From: Bacteroidales bacterium
GTDB lineage: Bacteria; Bacteroidota; Bacteroidia; Bacteroidales; WCHB1-69
Reading direction: 5' to 3'
Assembly (NCBI GenBank): GCA_017633255.1
Contig: JAGBPS010000024.1
Location: 12,451 to 76,450 of the forward strand
DNA: 64,000 nucleotides
Shown here: positions 8,259 to 17,182 of the stretch, piece by piece
How positions within the stretch are numbered: the stretch's first letter is position 1
How the letters are laid out: the number at the start of each line of letters is the position of its first letter
The notes under the pieces: model-generated
The model's database searches: none
What the model was told of the DNA's origin: nothing
Seen by the model: only the letters and a program-made list of their open reading frames with translations
Made by a program: the position numbers and the translations under genes

Positions 8259-9905
8259 ATGAAAAGACTCACCTCTCTCCTGATAGCCATTCTGCTATTT
8301 CCCGGGATGGTTTTCTGCACCCAGGACAGCGTCAAAAACGTCATTTTGATGATTCCCGACGGCTGCAGCACTGCCCTGTTGTCCATAACCCGGCAATATG
8401 CCCAATATCATGACGCCAGCTATACCTCGCTGCCCATCGACGCCTATTTTTGCGGTATGGTGATGACCCATTGCTCAGACGCTCCAATTGGAGACTCCGC
8501 CCCCACTACCTCCTGTTATGTCACGGGACAGCCCTCCCAAAAAGGTTTTGTGTCCACCTATCCCGCCAAAACAGACCATGACCTGTATCCGATAGATGCC
8601 ACTCGTGTATATCAGCCCATGGCCACCGTCTTGGAAGCGGCCCACATCCTGAAGCACAAAGCCACCGGCTTGGTCTTCACCTGCGAGTTTCCCCATGCCA
8701 CCCCCGCTGACTGCGCCGCCCACACTTACAACCGTAGCGATTACGGCGCCATTGCTCCGCAAATGGTTCACAATCAGGTGGATGTGGTGATTGGCGGAGG
8801 CACATCGTATCTGACTGACGCATTGGTCAACGACTTGAAACATAATAACTACCAAGTGTTCCTGAACGACAAAAAAGGCATGGAAGCCACCCAAAACGGC
8901 AAAATGTGGGCTCTGTTCAACAAAAGCTGCATGGAATACGAGATTGAACGCGACCCTTCCGCAGAACCCTCACTGGCAGAGATGACCCAGAAAGCCATCG
9001 ACTTGCTGTCGCAGCAAAAAGAAGGTTTTTTCCTCATGGTGGAAGGCAGCAAAGTGGATTGGTCCGCCCACGACAACGATGCCAAGACCACCATTCTGGA
9101 CTTCCTGGCTTTCAACGACGCAGTGCAAGTAGCCTTGGACTTTGCTCAGAAAGACGGCAACACAGTGGTGCTGGTGCTTCCTGACCACGGTTGCGGCGGC
9201 TTCAACCTCGGCAGCCGTCATAGCAACAATGGCTACAGCAAACTTTCACTGGAAGATATCATGAAACCTCTGGACAATTACACCCGTTCCACCTGGTCTG
9301 TGGCCGAAATGATCAAAGAGTCTGAAATCGACCAAATCCCTGAATTGATGGAAAAATACTATCAAATCACACTTACTGAGGAAGAACTGGATAAAATATA
9401 CCATTCTAAAGACTTCAAGAACTCCCCCATTCCCAAAGAAGAAAGAAAAGAGGCTTCCCTGGAAAAAACCATTTCCTGTATCATATACGACCGCACTTGT
9501 TTCGGTTCCACCACATACGGACACACCGGCGAAGACGTCTTTTTGGCTTGCTATCATCCGCATAACGACCGCCCTACTGGTGTTATCAGTAATATCGAGG
9601 TGAATGAGTATCTATGCCGACAGATGGGTCTGACGGGACAACTTCCTGCCCTCACCGAAAGCATCTTCACCAGCCATACCACCCTGTTTCCCGATGCCAA
9701 AACCATCACTATCGACAGTCTGGACAAGAACCAGTACCGTCTGACCGTGCAATACAAAAAACACAAATTAGTGGCCAACAGCTACGACAACTACGTCACC
9801 ATTGACAAGCAGGTAATTCCGCTGGAATCAGTGGTAGTATATATGAAGAAAAACAATACTTTCTACCTGCCGAAAGAACTGCGGGAAAAACTATTGGAGA
9901 GATAA
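8259..9905 (+). CDS. Alkaline phosphatase family protein, secreted, with a ~100-aa C-terminal extension
   Basis: Signal peptide plus PhoA-type metal and nucleophile motifs: IPDGCS, GDSAPTTS, VEGSKVDWSAHDND, LPDHGCGG, GHTGEDV. Confidence 0.85.
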   Translation: MKRLTSLLIAILLFPGMVFCTQDSVKNVILMIPDGCSTALLSITRQYAQYHDASYTSLPIDAYFCGMVMTHCSDAPIGDSAPTTSCYVTGQPSQKGFVSTYPAKTDHDLYPIDATRVYQPMATVLEAAHILKHKATGLVFTCEFPHATPADCAAHTYNRSDYGAIAPQMVHNQVDVVIGGGTSYLTDALVNDLKHNNYQVFLNDKKGMEATQNGKMWALFNKSCMEYEIERDPSAEPSLAEMTQKAIDLLSQQKEGFFLMVEGSKVDWSAHDNDAKTTILDFLAFNDAVQVALDFAQKDGNTVVLVLPDHGCGGFNLGSRHSNNGYSKLSLEDIMKPLDNYTRSTWSVAEMIKESEIDQIPELMEKYYQITLTEEELDKIYHSKDFKNSPIPKEERKEASLEKTISCIIYDRTCFGSTTYGHTGEDVFLACYHPHNDRPTGVISNIEVNEYLCRQMGLTGQLPALTESIFTSHTTLFPDAKTITIDSLDKNQYRLTVQYKKHKLVANSYDNYVTIDKQVIPLESVVVYMKKNNTFYLPKELREKLLER

Positions 9906-10469
9906 TTATCCCAGAAACGCGTTGATTTTAGCCATTGCTTCCTCTTGGGCGGTTTTCAGGATATCATTCACGATAACCAAGTCGAACTGATTGGCAAAGG
10001 AAAGCTCGTATTCGGCCTTGTCTAGACGTTTCTTCAACGAGGCCTCATCCTCGGTACCGCGACCGCACAAACGCTCTCTGAGCGCCTCTTTAGTGGGTGG
10101 CTGGATGAATACGGCCAAGGCCTTGTCGCCAAAAATCTTTTTCAGATTCAGTCCTCCCAGCACATCGACATCGAAAATCACATGCTTGCCCTCGCTCCAA
10201 ATCCGTTCGATCTCGGATTTCAAGGTGCCATAAAATTGATTGTGATACACTTCCTGCCACTCGATAAACTCGTCGTTGGCCAGTTTCCGCTTGAAGTCAT
10301 CCACGGTCAGGAAATAATAATCCTTGCCGTCACATTCGCCCTCGCGTTTGGCACGGCTGGTAGCGGAAACCGAAAAAGCCAGCAAAGGCTGCTCTTTCAA
10401 CAAATGTTTCACAATGGAGGTTTTCCCTGCCCCTGACGGCGCTGATACGATGATTAATTTTCCTGACAT
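9906..10469 (-). CDS. gmk: Guanylate kinase
   Basis: 187 aa, P-loop SAPSGAGKTS, and a typical Gmk length and layout. Confidence 0.9.
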   Translation of the reverse strand: MSGKLIIVSAPSGAGKTSIVKHLLKEQPLLAFSVSATSRAKREGECDGKDYYFLTVDDFKRKLANDEFIEWQEVYHNQFYGTLKSEIERIWSEGKHVIFDVDVLGGLNLKKIFGDKALAVFIQPPTKEALRERLCGRGTEDEASLKKRLDKAEYELSFANQFDLVIVNDILKTAQEEAMAKINAFLG

Positions 10470-10555
10470 ATTTAGTTGTTTTTAGGGGACGGGTACTGCC
10501 CCGTCGTTACAATTTTTAAAGACGCGCGGCCGTGCGACTCTACATTAATTTCTGC

Positions 10556-11320
10556 TTATTGTTTCTTCAATGCAAACACATACGGCCCGTTCTGTTTCAA
10601 TATCTCCTGGGCCGCCTGATTCTGCATGATGCTGCCTCCCCACTCATCCAAATCAAACATACGACTGGCATTGAACCACTTGTTGATATCCATCACCAAC
10701 TGCAAATTTTCTCCGTTTTCTTTTACCGTAAAAGGAACTTCCAAATTCACTGTGAACGAATTGTCCACAAACCGGGTGACATTGCCCTCGTCATCATAAA
10801 GCTGCCCAATACCCGTATGCAAATTGAACGGCTTCACCTGATTGTCGTCGGCCAGCCACTTTCCATTGATCTTCATGTAATGATAGCCTCCTCCCATAAC
10901 TTCCGGCCAGCTCATGTTGCATTCCGGAGGATTGACAAAACGATAGCTTTGATTCTCCGCATTGTTCAGACCAAAGGTGAAAGAAATTGCACTATAATCA
11001 CCCTGTGGAACCATACCAAAATCCCAATCCAAGGTAGAAGCAATATCAATATCCACATAATGAATACGGTCTCTGGCCACCACAGAACCATCGCTTTTGT
11101 ACAACTTGATGTTTGAAATGAAAAACATCACCTCGTTTACCTCGTACTGGTTGCCTGCGGCATTGACATACTTCCGCACATCCTGTTCCAGAGTTTGTCC
11201 GTCCACCTGAAAAGCGAAGGACACAGACAATGCCGCTGTTTTCTCTTTATGACAAGAAGAAAACAACAATGGCATCAAAAGCAATAAAACAATGATATTT
11301 TTACCACTCATCTTCAACAA
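10556..11320 (-). CDS. Lipoprotein, MbnP-like (tentative)
   Basis: 254 aa with a lipobox (LFSSC). The N-terminal pattern F.VDG..L......Y.NAAGN.Y.V.....FISNIKLYKSDGS resembles the MbnP family as I remember it. The start could be 11320 or 11311. Confidence 0.4.
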   Translation of the reverse strand: MLKMSGKNIIVLLLLMPLLFSSCHKEKTAALSVSFAFQVDGQTLEQDVRKYVNAAGNQYEVNEVMFFISNIKLYKSDGSVVARDRIHYVDIDIASTLDWDFGMVPQGDYSAISFTFGLNNAENQSYRFVNPPECNMSWPEVMGGGYHYMKINGKWLADDNQVKPFNLHTGIGQLYDDEGNVTRFVDNSFTVNLEVPFTVKENGENLQLVMDINKWFNASRMFDLDEWGGSIMQNQAAQEILKQNGPYVFALKKQ

Positions 11321-11861
11321 TGACGGGCGGGTTCATGCCTTCTTCCAATGATTCTATCAAGGCCAATATCTGTTCATCAATCTGATTCAAATAAGCATAC
11401 TGTCCAATTTCCCATTTCGGATTCTCGGTATTCAGCCATACCTCCACCGGAGCGGCGGCGGCAGCTTTCTCATTGAAATCTGTAATCGTATAACGGTATC
11501 TGCCGGGACGGCATTCAATCTTCATATTGTAATACACAATATTCTTGAAAATCTTGCTTCCATCTTCCTTCACCACATAAATCCTGACGCTGGAGCGCAG
11601 CTGTATCACACCCTTGTCGCGATCACTGCTCTTGATAACCTCAGCGGTGTTCTTGTAGAATTTCTTCACCCAGTTCATCGCCCGGTCGTACAGCTCCTGC
11701 GGAGTGGCATTGGCCTGCTGCACCACCTCCTTGTAAGTCACCAGATTGGTCTCTTCGTCAATGGGCACATTGGGATACGGAATCTCCGGTCCCTTCTTGT
11801 TCTGACCGAAAGCCAGGACGCCCACCATCACCAAAGCAATTAATGCAAGAATCTTTTTCAT
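11301..11861 (-). CDS. DUF4468-like secreted protein
   Basis: 186 aa with a signal peptide. The segment VTYKEVV....TPQELYDRAMNWVKKFY is typical of DUF4468 (family call made from memory). Confidence 0.5.
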   Translation of the reverse strand: MKKILALIALVMVGVLAFGQNKKGPEIPYPNVPIDEETNLVTYKEVVQQANATPQELYDRAMNWVKKFYKNTAEVIKSSDRDKGVIQLRSSVRIYVVKEDGSKIFKNIVYYNMKIECRPGRYRYTITDFNEKAAAAAPVEVWLNTENPKWEIGQYAYLNQIDEQILALIESLEEGMNPPVIVEDEW

Positions 11862-12355
11862 TTTTGTTTCCTTTTATAAGTTTGAAAACGCAAATCGTAA
11901 ACATTTATTTCATCCTTGGGCACAAATTCGTCTTCTACCAGGTCCCATTCGTCCATATTCAATTCAGGGAAATACACATCTGCCTGAAAATCAGACAAGA
12001 TGCGAGTCAGGTACAAAGTTTCGATTTTATCGATGAACAATTTGTAGATGGTAGCACCACCCATGATGAACGGCTGTTCATCGTTCTCCACCAATTGCAT
12101 CGCTTCCTCAATGGAAAATGCCAACTCACAATTCTGATAATCAGCGTCTTTATTGAGGGTAATGACAATATTCCGGCGATTGGGAAGGGGCTTTTTCGGC
12201 AAAGACTCCCAGGTGCGGTCACCCATCAGCACCGTATGGCCAGAGGTCAACGTCTTGAAACGTTTCAAATCGACCGGCAAATGGCACAACAATTGGTTCT
12301 TGTAGCCCAACTCATAGTTATTGCCCACAGCGGCAATCATGGAAAGATTATTCAT
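11858..12355 (-). CDS. folA: Dihydrofolate reductase
   Basis: 165 aa. N-terminus MIAAVGNNYELGYKNQLLCHLPVDLKRFKTLTSGHTVLMGDRTWESLP. 4-nt overlap with the downstream gene. Confidence 0.9.
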   Translation of the reverse strand: MNNLSMIAAVGNNYELGYKNQLLCHLPVDLKRFKTLTSGHTVLMGDRTWESLPKKPLPNRRNIVITLNKDADYQNCELAFSIEEAMQLVENDEQPFIMGGATIYKLFIDKIETLYLTRILSDFQADVYFPELNMDEWDLVEDEFVPKDEINVYDLRFQTYKRKQK

Positions 12356-12363
12356 AGTCCGGA

Positions 12364-13386
12364 TTATTGGATTAAGAACGGGAACTTGTCGAAATTCTTC
12401 AGAGCGATAGCGGTACCACGGGCCACAGCCTTCAACGGGTCTTCAGCCACATGCACCTTCAGGCTGGTCTTCTTGGCGATACGCTTGTCCAAACCACGCA
12501 GCAAGGAACCGCCACCGGCCATATAGATACCGGTTTTGTAAATATCGGCGGACAACTCAGCGGGAGTGTTCTCCAAGGCGTTGATAACAGCGGCTTCAAT
12601 CTTGGAGATGGAGCGGTCCAAAGCCTGGGCAATCTCGCGGTAGTTGACCTTCACGCAGATAGGAATACCCTGCAAGAGGTCACGGCCGTACACCTCGTAA
12701 TCTTCAGGCGGATTTTCCAGGTCTTCGATAGCGGAGCCCACGTTAATCTTGATCTGCTCAGAAGTGCTGAAACCGATAGCGATATTATGTTTCTTACGCA
12801 TGTATTCCTGAATGTCGTAGTTGAACTCGACACCGGCAATCTTGATGGACTTGCTGCACACAATACCACCCAAGGCCAATACAGCGATTTCGCTGGTACC
12901 ACCACCGATGTCGATAATCATGTTACCGTTGGCATCCAGCACATCGATACCTGTACCGATAGCGGCGGCCATAGGCTCATAAATCATACGCACCTCTTTG
13001 GCACCCGCGTGTTCAGCTGAATCCCTGACAGCACGCTCTTCCACCTCGGTGATACCCGAAGGGATGCAGATCACCATTTTCAGGGCCTGCGGGAAAAAGT
13101 AACGCTTGGTACCCGTCATCTTGATCAGCTCATAGAGCATCTTCTCGGTGGACTGGAAGTCAGCGATAACGCCGTCGCGCAAAGGACGGATGGTTTTGAT
13201 ACGCTCGTGCTCCTTACCTTCCATCATCAGGGCTTTCTTGCCCACCGCCTGCAACTCTTTGGTGTCGCGGTCAATGGCAATAATAGAGGGTTCGTCCACC
13301 ACGACTTTGTCGTTATATAAGATGACCGTGTTGGCAGTGCCAAGGTCAATAGCTATCTCCTTTGTGAAAATCGAAAATAATCCCAT
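12364..13386 (-). CDS. mreB: Rod-shape-determining protein MreB
   Basis: 340 aa, actin-like ATPase motifs (IDLGTANT, DIGGGTSEIAV), full-length MreB layout. Confidence 0.95.
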   Translation of the reverse strand: MGLFSIFTKEIAIDLGTANTVILYNDKVVVDEPSIIAIDRDTKELQAVGKKALMMEGKEHERIKTIRPLRDGVIADFQSTEKMLYELIKMTGTKRYFFPQALKMVICIPSGITEVEERAVRDSAEHAGAKEVRMIYEPMAAAIGTGIDVLDANGNMIIDIGGGTSEIAVLALGGIVCSKSIKIAGVEFNYDIQEYMRKKHNIAIGFSTSEQIKINVGSAIEDLENPPEDYEVYGRDLLQGIPICVKVNYREIAQALDRSISKIEAAVINALENTPAELSADIYKTGIYMAGGGSLLRGLDKRIAKKTSLKVHVAEDPLKAVARGTAIALKNFDKFPFLIQ

Positions 13387-13435
13387 AATATTCAGCTATT
13401 TAAAGATTGACGCTAATACTACATGTTAAAGTTTG

Positions 13436-13443
13436 CAAAGTTA
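13436..13443 (-). promoter_or_regulatory. -7 promoter box TAACTTTG (minus strand) for the mreB-folA operon
   Basis: Plus-strand CAAAGTTA, 50 nt upstream of the mreB start. Confidence 0.5.
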
Positions 13444-13540
13444 CAAAAACTTTTTATATAAAGGCATCCTGCTGAATGTTTTTTGTTTTTTTTGGAAAAT
13501 GAAAATTTTTCAGGCTTACTCTCTTTTCAGATAAAAACCT

Positions 13541-13548
13541 TATTTTTG
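13541..13548 (+). promoter_or_regulatory. -7 promoter box TATTTTTG
   Basis: TAnnTTTG match 18 nt upstream of the ATG at 13566. Confidence 0.5.
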
Positions 13549-13565
13549 CAAAAATTATCCGAAAT

Positions 13566-16028
13566 ATGCTGACCATCGCGCAAATCAAAGATATCTGCCA
13601 AGCGAAGGATTGTCCTTTGTCTGACGAACATGCGGAAATCGAGCTGCTGGCCTTCGACAGCCGCAATGTGCTGATTCCCCAAAAAACCCTGTTCTTCGCC
13701 ATCACCACCGCCAAAAACGACGGTCATAACTATATTCCGGAATTGTGGCAACAGGGAGTGAAAAACTTCATTATCACCCGACCCATAGCCGAATTTTCCC
13801 ATTTTTCCGGTGCCAACTTCCTCCAAGTCGAAAATGCGGTTTCCGCCTTGCAGCAAATCGCCGCTTTTCACCGCCAGCAATTCGACTATCCCGTCATTGG
13901 CATCACCGGCAGCAACGGGAAAACCATTGTGAAAGAATGGCTTAGCCAGATGCTAGCCCCCGAATTCCATGTGGTGAGAAACCCCAACAGCTACAACTCC
14001 CAGATTGGCGTGCCCATGTCGGTATGGCAGATGGCACAACGGCACAACCTGGCCATTTTCGAGGCAGGCATCTCCCAACCCGGCGAGATGGAGAAACTGG
14101 AGGCTGTCATCCAGCCCACCATCGGTATCCTCACCAATATCGGCGCCGCCCACAACGAGTTTTTTCATAATAACGAAGAGAAACTGATTGAAAAGACCAA
14201 ACTCTTCCAAAATTGTCAGAAAGTAATTTACAACGCTGACAACCCGCTGATTCACAATTATTTCAAGCAGAACGAGCGCTTCAAAGGAAAAACCATTTCC
14301 TGGGGTCAGGCGGAGGATGCGGACTATCACATCGACTTTGTCAACACCGCCGACATGCACACCATAGTCTCGCTGAACGGACAACTGATTGACATTCCCT
14401 TCAGCGATGCCGGCTCCATCGAAAACGCCCTGCATGCTATCGTGCTGATGCTGCAATTGAATTTCACCCTTCCGCAAATCAAGCAGAAACTGCACAATCT
14501 TTCCGCAGTTTCCATGCGTATGGAGATGATCGAAGGCATCAACAACTCAGTCATCATCAACGACACTTATAGTCTGGATATGAGTTCGTTACGCATCGCC
14601 TTGAACTTTCTGAACGCCCAAACCCAGATGATACGCAAAACCGTCATCATCTCCGATTTTGAGCAAGTGGGAAATTTGGACACAGACGATTATCAGAAAA
14701 TAAACAACCTGCTGATTAACAAAGGAATAACAAGACTCATCGCCGTTGGTGCCGGCTTTTATGCCCACCGTTCTGTCTTCAGTTTTCCCGAACAAAGTTT
14801 TTACCACAACACTGAAGAACTGGTGGCCAATCTCAACCAAGAGCCTTTCCACCAAGAAGTTATACTGGTAAAAGCGGCCCGTAGCTACCGCTTCGAGAAG
14901 GTGGTAGCCGCCCTACAGTACAAGACCCACCAGACGGTGCTCAATGTCAACCTGCCCGCCATCATCCACAATCTGAGCTATTACCGTTCGCTGCTGAAAC
15001 CCGAGACCAAAATGGTGGCGATGGTGAAAGCACAGTCTTACGGTTTGGGCGATGTGGAGCTGATCAACGAGCTGATATACCATCATGTGAATTATTTGGC
15101 AGTGGCCTATACCGACGAGGGAATCCGTCTGCGCAAACGAAACATCACCAAGCCTATTATCGTGTTGGGCGCCGAAGCGCACAGTTTCGAGGCCATGATT
15201 GCCTATCGGCTGGAACCCGAGATTTTCAACTTCCACTATCTGGAACAACTGACGGAATTATTGGAGCAACATTCTGATATTGAATTATTTAAAATCCACA
15301 TCAAGCTGGATACCGGCATGCACCGCTTAGGCTTTGACGAAGGAGATCTACCCCGCTTGGTGGATTTTATCCAGCAGCATCCGAAGTTGAAGGTCGCCTC
15401 CATTTTCTCGCACTTGGCCGCTGCCGAAGACCCCGACGAGGACGACTTCACCCGTGGACAAATCGCATTGTTCGACCGCATGAGTTCCTATCTGATCGGC
15501 CAGTTTGATTACCCCATTCTGCGGCACATCCTCAACTCCGCGGGCATCAGCCGCTTCCCCGAAGCGCAATACGACATGGTGCGTCTGGGCATTGGCCTCT
15601 ATGGCTTCTCGGCTGTGCCGCAAGACCAAGCGCATTTGCAGAACACGGTAACCTTGCGCACCGTCATCACGCAGGTCAAAACCATCCCCACCAACGAAAC
15701 CATCGGCTATAATCGGAGCTATAAAACACTTAAAAAAAGCAAGATAGCTATCATTCCCATCGGTTATGCCGACGGCTATCCAAGAGAATTGGGCAATGGT
15801 GTCGGCAAGGTCTTTGTAGCAGGCCGGCTGGTGCCCATTGTGGGCAAAATCTGCATGGACATGTGCATGGTGGATGTCACCGGCTTGGATGTCAAGGAAG
15901 GCGACGAGGTAATTGTTTACGGCGACCCCAATCCGCTGGACAAAGTGGCGGCCTCCATCCACCGCATCCCCTACGAGCTGATGACTGCGATTTCCAAGCG
16001 GGTGCAGAGGATTTACATTAAAGAGTGA
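13566..16028 (+). CDS. murF/alr: Bifunctional UDP-MurNAc-pentapeptide synthetase (MurF) / alanine racemase (Alr) fusion
   Basis: 820 aa. The N-terminal half has the Mur ligase P-loop GITGSNGKT. The C-terminal half has the alanine racemase PLP motif (VKAQSYGLG) and the racemase C-terminal domain. This fusion is common in Bacteroidota. Confidence 0.9.
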   Translation: MLTIAQIKDICQAKDCPLSDEHAEIELLAFDSRNVLIPQKTLFFAITTAKNDGHNYIPELWQQGVKNFIITRPIAEFSHFSGANFLQVENAVSALQQIAAFHRQQFDYPVIGITGSNGKTIVKEWLSQMLAPEFHVVRNPNSYNSQIGVPMSVWQMAQRHNLAIFEAGISQPGEMEKLEAVIQPTIGILTNIGAAHNEFFHNNEEKLIEKTKLFQNCQKVIYNADNPLIHNYFKQNERFKGKTISWGQAEDADYHIDFVNTADMHTIVSLNGQLIDIPFSDAGSIENALHAIVLMLQLNFTLPQIKQKLHNLSAVSMRMEMIEGINNSVIINDTYSLDMSSLRIALNFLNAQTQMIRKTVIISDFEQVGNLDTDDYQKINNLLINKGITRLIAVGAGFYAHRSVFSFPEQSFYHNTEELVANLNQEPFHQEVILVKAARSYRFEKVVAALQYKTHQTVLNVNLPAIIHNLSYYRSLLKPETKMVAMVKAQSYGLGDVELINELIYHHVNYLAVAYTDEGIRLRKRNITKPIIVLGAEAHSFEAMIAYRLEPEIFNFHYLEQLTELLEQHSDIELFKIHIKLDTGMHRLGFDEGDLPRLVDFIQQHPKLKVASIFSHLAAAEDPDEDDFTRGQIALFDRMSSYLIGQFDYPILRHILNSAGISRFPEAQYDMVRLGIGLYGFSAVPQDQAHLQNTVTLRTVITQVKTIPTNETIGYNRSYKTLKKSKIAIIPIGYADGYPRELGNGVGKVFVAGRLVPIVGKICMDMCMVDVTGLDVKEGDEVIVYGDPNPLDKVAASIHRIPYELMTAISKRVQRIYIKE

Positions 16029-16029
16029 G

Positions 16030-16222
16030 CAGGTTACAGGAAACTAAGAATTCAAAGTTCAAAATTCAAAATCCATCATCCTGTAATCCTTTAATCCTGT
16101 AATCAACACCTCTCCCCTCGAACGCAGTGAGACTCCCCTATGGACAAAGTCCACTCCCCTTGAGCGCAGCGAAACTCCCCCTTTCCTTCATTTGCTAATT
16201 AACTAATTTGCTAATTTGCTAA
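16030..16222. repeat. Composite block of short-period word repeats between convergent murF/alr and rpoD
   Basis: Read directly: GGTTACAGG...(TTCAAAR)x3...ATCCTGTAATCCTTTAATCCTGTAATC. Next come four CTCCCCY boxes at 21-nt spacing (16100..16185). The block ends with TTTGCTAA TTAACTAA TTTGCTAA TTTGCTAA. Confidence 0.8.
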
Positions 16223-17086
16223 TTAAAGGTATATCTTCAAATTCCGGTTCTTGGTCTCCTGTTTGAGGCGTTTGAGGGCGCGCTCCTTGATTTGACGCAC
16301 CCGCTCGCGTGACAAACCCACGGCATCCCCAATCTCATCCAAGGTATATTCGTGGCTCACTCCAATGCCGAAAAAGAGCTTGACAATCTCTATCTCCTTT
16401 TCATTTAATGTTTTCTTCAGTATCTCATTGATTTCTGAGGACAAAGACTCATTGATCAGCTTGTCGTCGGTATCTTTCTCCACATTATAGATAAAAGTAT
16501 CCGAAAATTTGGTGTCATCATCCGGCGAAACCGGCGAGTCCATTGACTGCGGATGATTGTTGATTCTCAAGATCTCATTCACCTTGTCAACAGGCAGATC
16601 CATCGCCTCCGAAATCTCGTCCAAAGTGGGAGCGCGCTGGAACTCCTGCTCCAGATGGGCGATTTCCTTCTTGATTTTGTTGATGGTACCCACTTGGTTC
16701 AGGGGCAGACGCACAATACGAGACTGGTCGGCAATAGCCTGGCAGATGGCCTGGCGTATCCACCACACGGCATACGAGATGAACTTGAACCCACGGGTCT
16801 CGTCGAAACGCTTGGCGGCCTTGATCAAGCCAATATTGCCCTCGTTGATCAAGTCGGGCAGGCTGATACCCTGGTTCTGGTACTGCTTCGCCACAGAAAC
16901 GACAAAACGCAGGTTGGCCTTGGTCAGTCTTTCCAGCGCTTCCTGGTCACCCTGTTTGATACGTCTTGCCAGCTCAACCTCCTCGTCGGCACTAATCATT
17001 TGCTCTTTGCCAATATCCGCCAGAAAGCGGTCCAACGAAGCGGTATCGCGGTTGGTGATGGATTTCGAAATCTTTAATTGTCTCAT
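16223..17086 (-). CDS. rpoD: Primary RNA polymerase sigma factor (sigma-70 family, Bacteroidota short RpoD)
   Basis: 287 aa with regions 2-4 motifs: LRFVVSVAKQY, FKFISYAVWWIRQAI, LDEIGDAVGLSRERVRQI. Confidence 0.9.
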   Translation of the reverse strand: MRQLKISKSITNRDTASLDRFLADIGKEQMISADEEVELARRIKQGDQEALERLTKANLRFVVSVAKQYQNQGISLPDLINEGNIGLIKAAKRFDETRGFKFISYAVWWIRQAICQAIADQSRIVRLPLNQVGTINKIKKEIAHLEQEFQRAPTLDEISEAMDLPVDKVNEILRINNHPQSMDSPVSPDDDTKFSDTFIYNVEKDTDDKLINESLSSEINEILKKTLNEKEIEIVKLFFGIGVSHEYTLDEIGDAVGLSRERVRQIKERALKRLKQETKNRNLKIYL

Positions 17087-17121
17087 ATTGTTATAATGTG
17101 CTAATTGTCAATGTTTTTTTT

Positions 17122-17182
17122 GCTGTGAGCTATGAGCTATGAGAAGTTGGTAGTTGCTCATTGCCCATGGCTCATGGCTCAC
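17122..17182. repeat. Heptamer-periodic hairpin (GCTRTGA x3 facing GCYCATG/GCTCAYG x4)
   Basis: GCTGTGAGCTATGAGCTATGAG ... CTCATTGCCCATGGCTCATGGCTCACGGC. This gives a ~20-bp stem with three T-G pairs on the plus strand. It lies directly 3' of the htrA stop and upstream of rpoD. Confidence 0.7.

Noticed and set aside
10532-11116. 194-aa plus-strand ORF, and the many similar 60-240-aa ORFs antisense to long genes (e.g. 6342..7067, 12451..13020, 15348..15962, 16553..17096, 41463..42704, 53074..53685, 54517..55170, 60805..61371, 61561..62136)
   Set aside because: These are shadow ORFs inside well-supported genes on the other strand. They have no motifs, no promoter boxes, and a composition typical of antisense frames.
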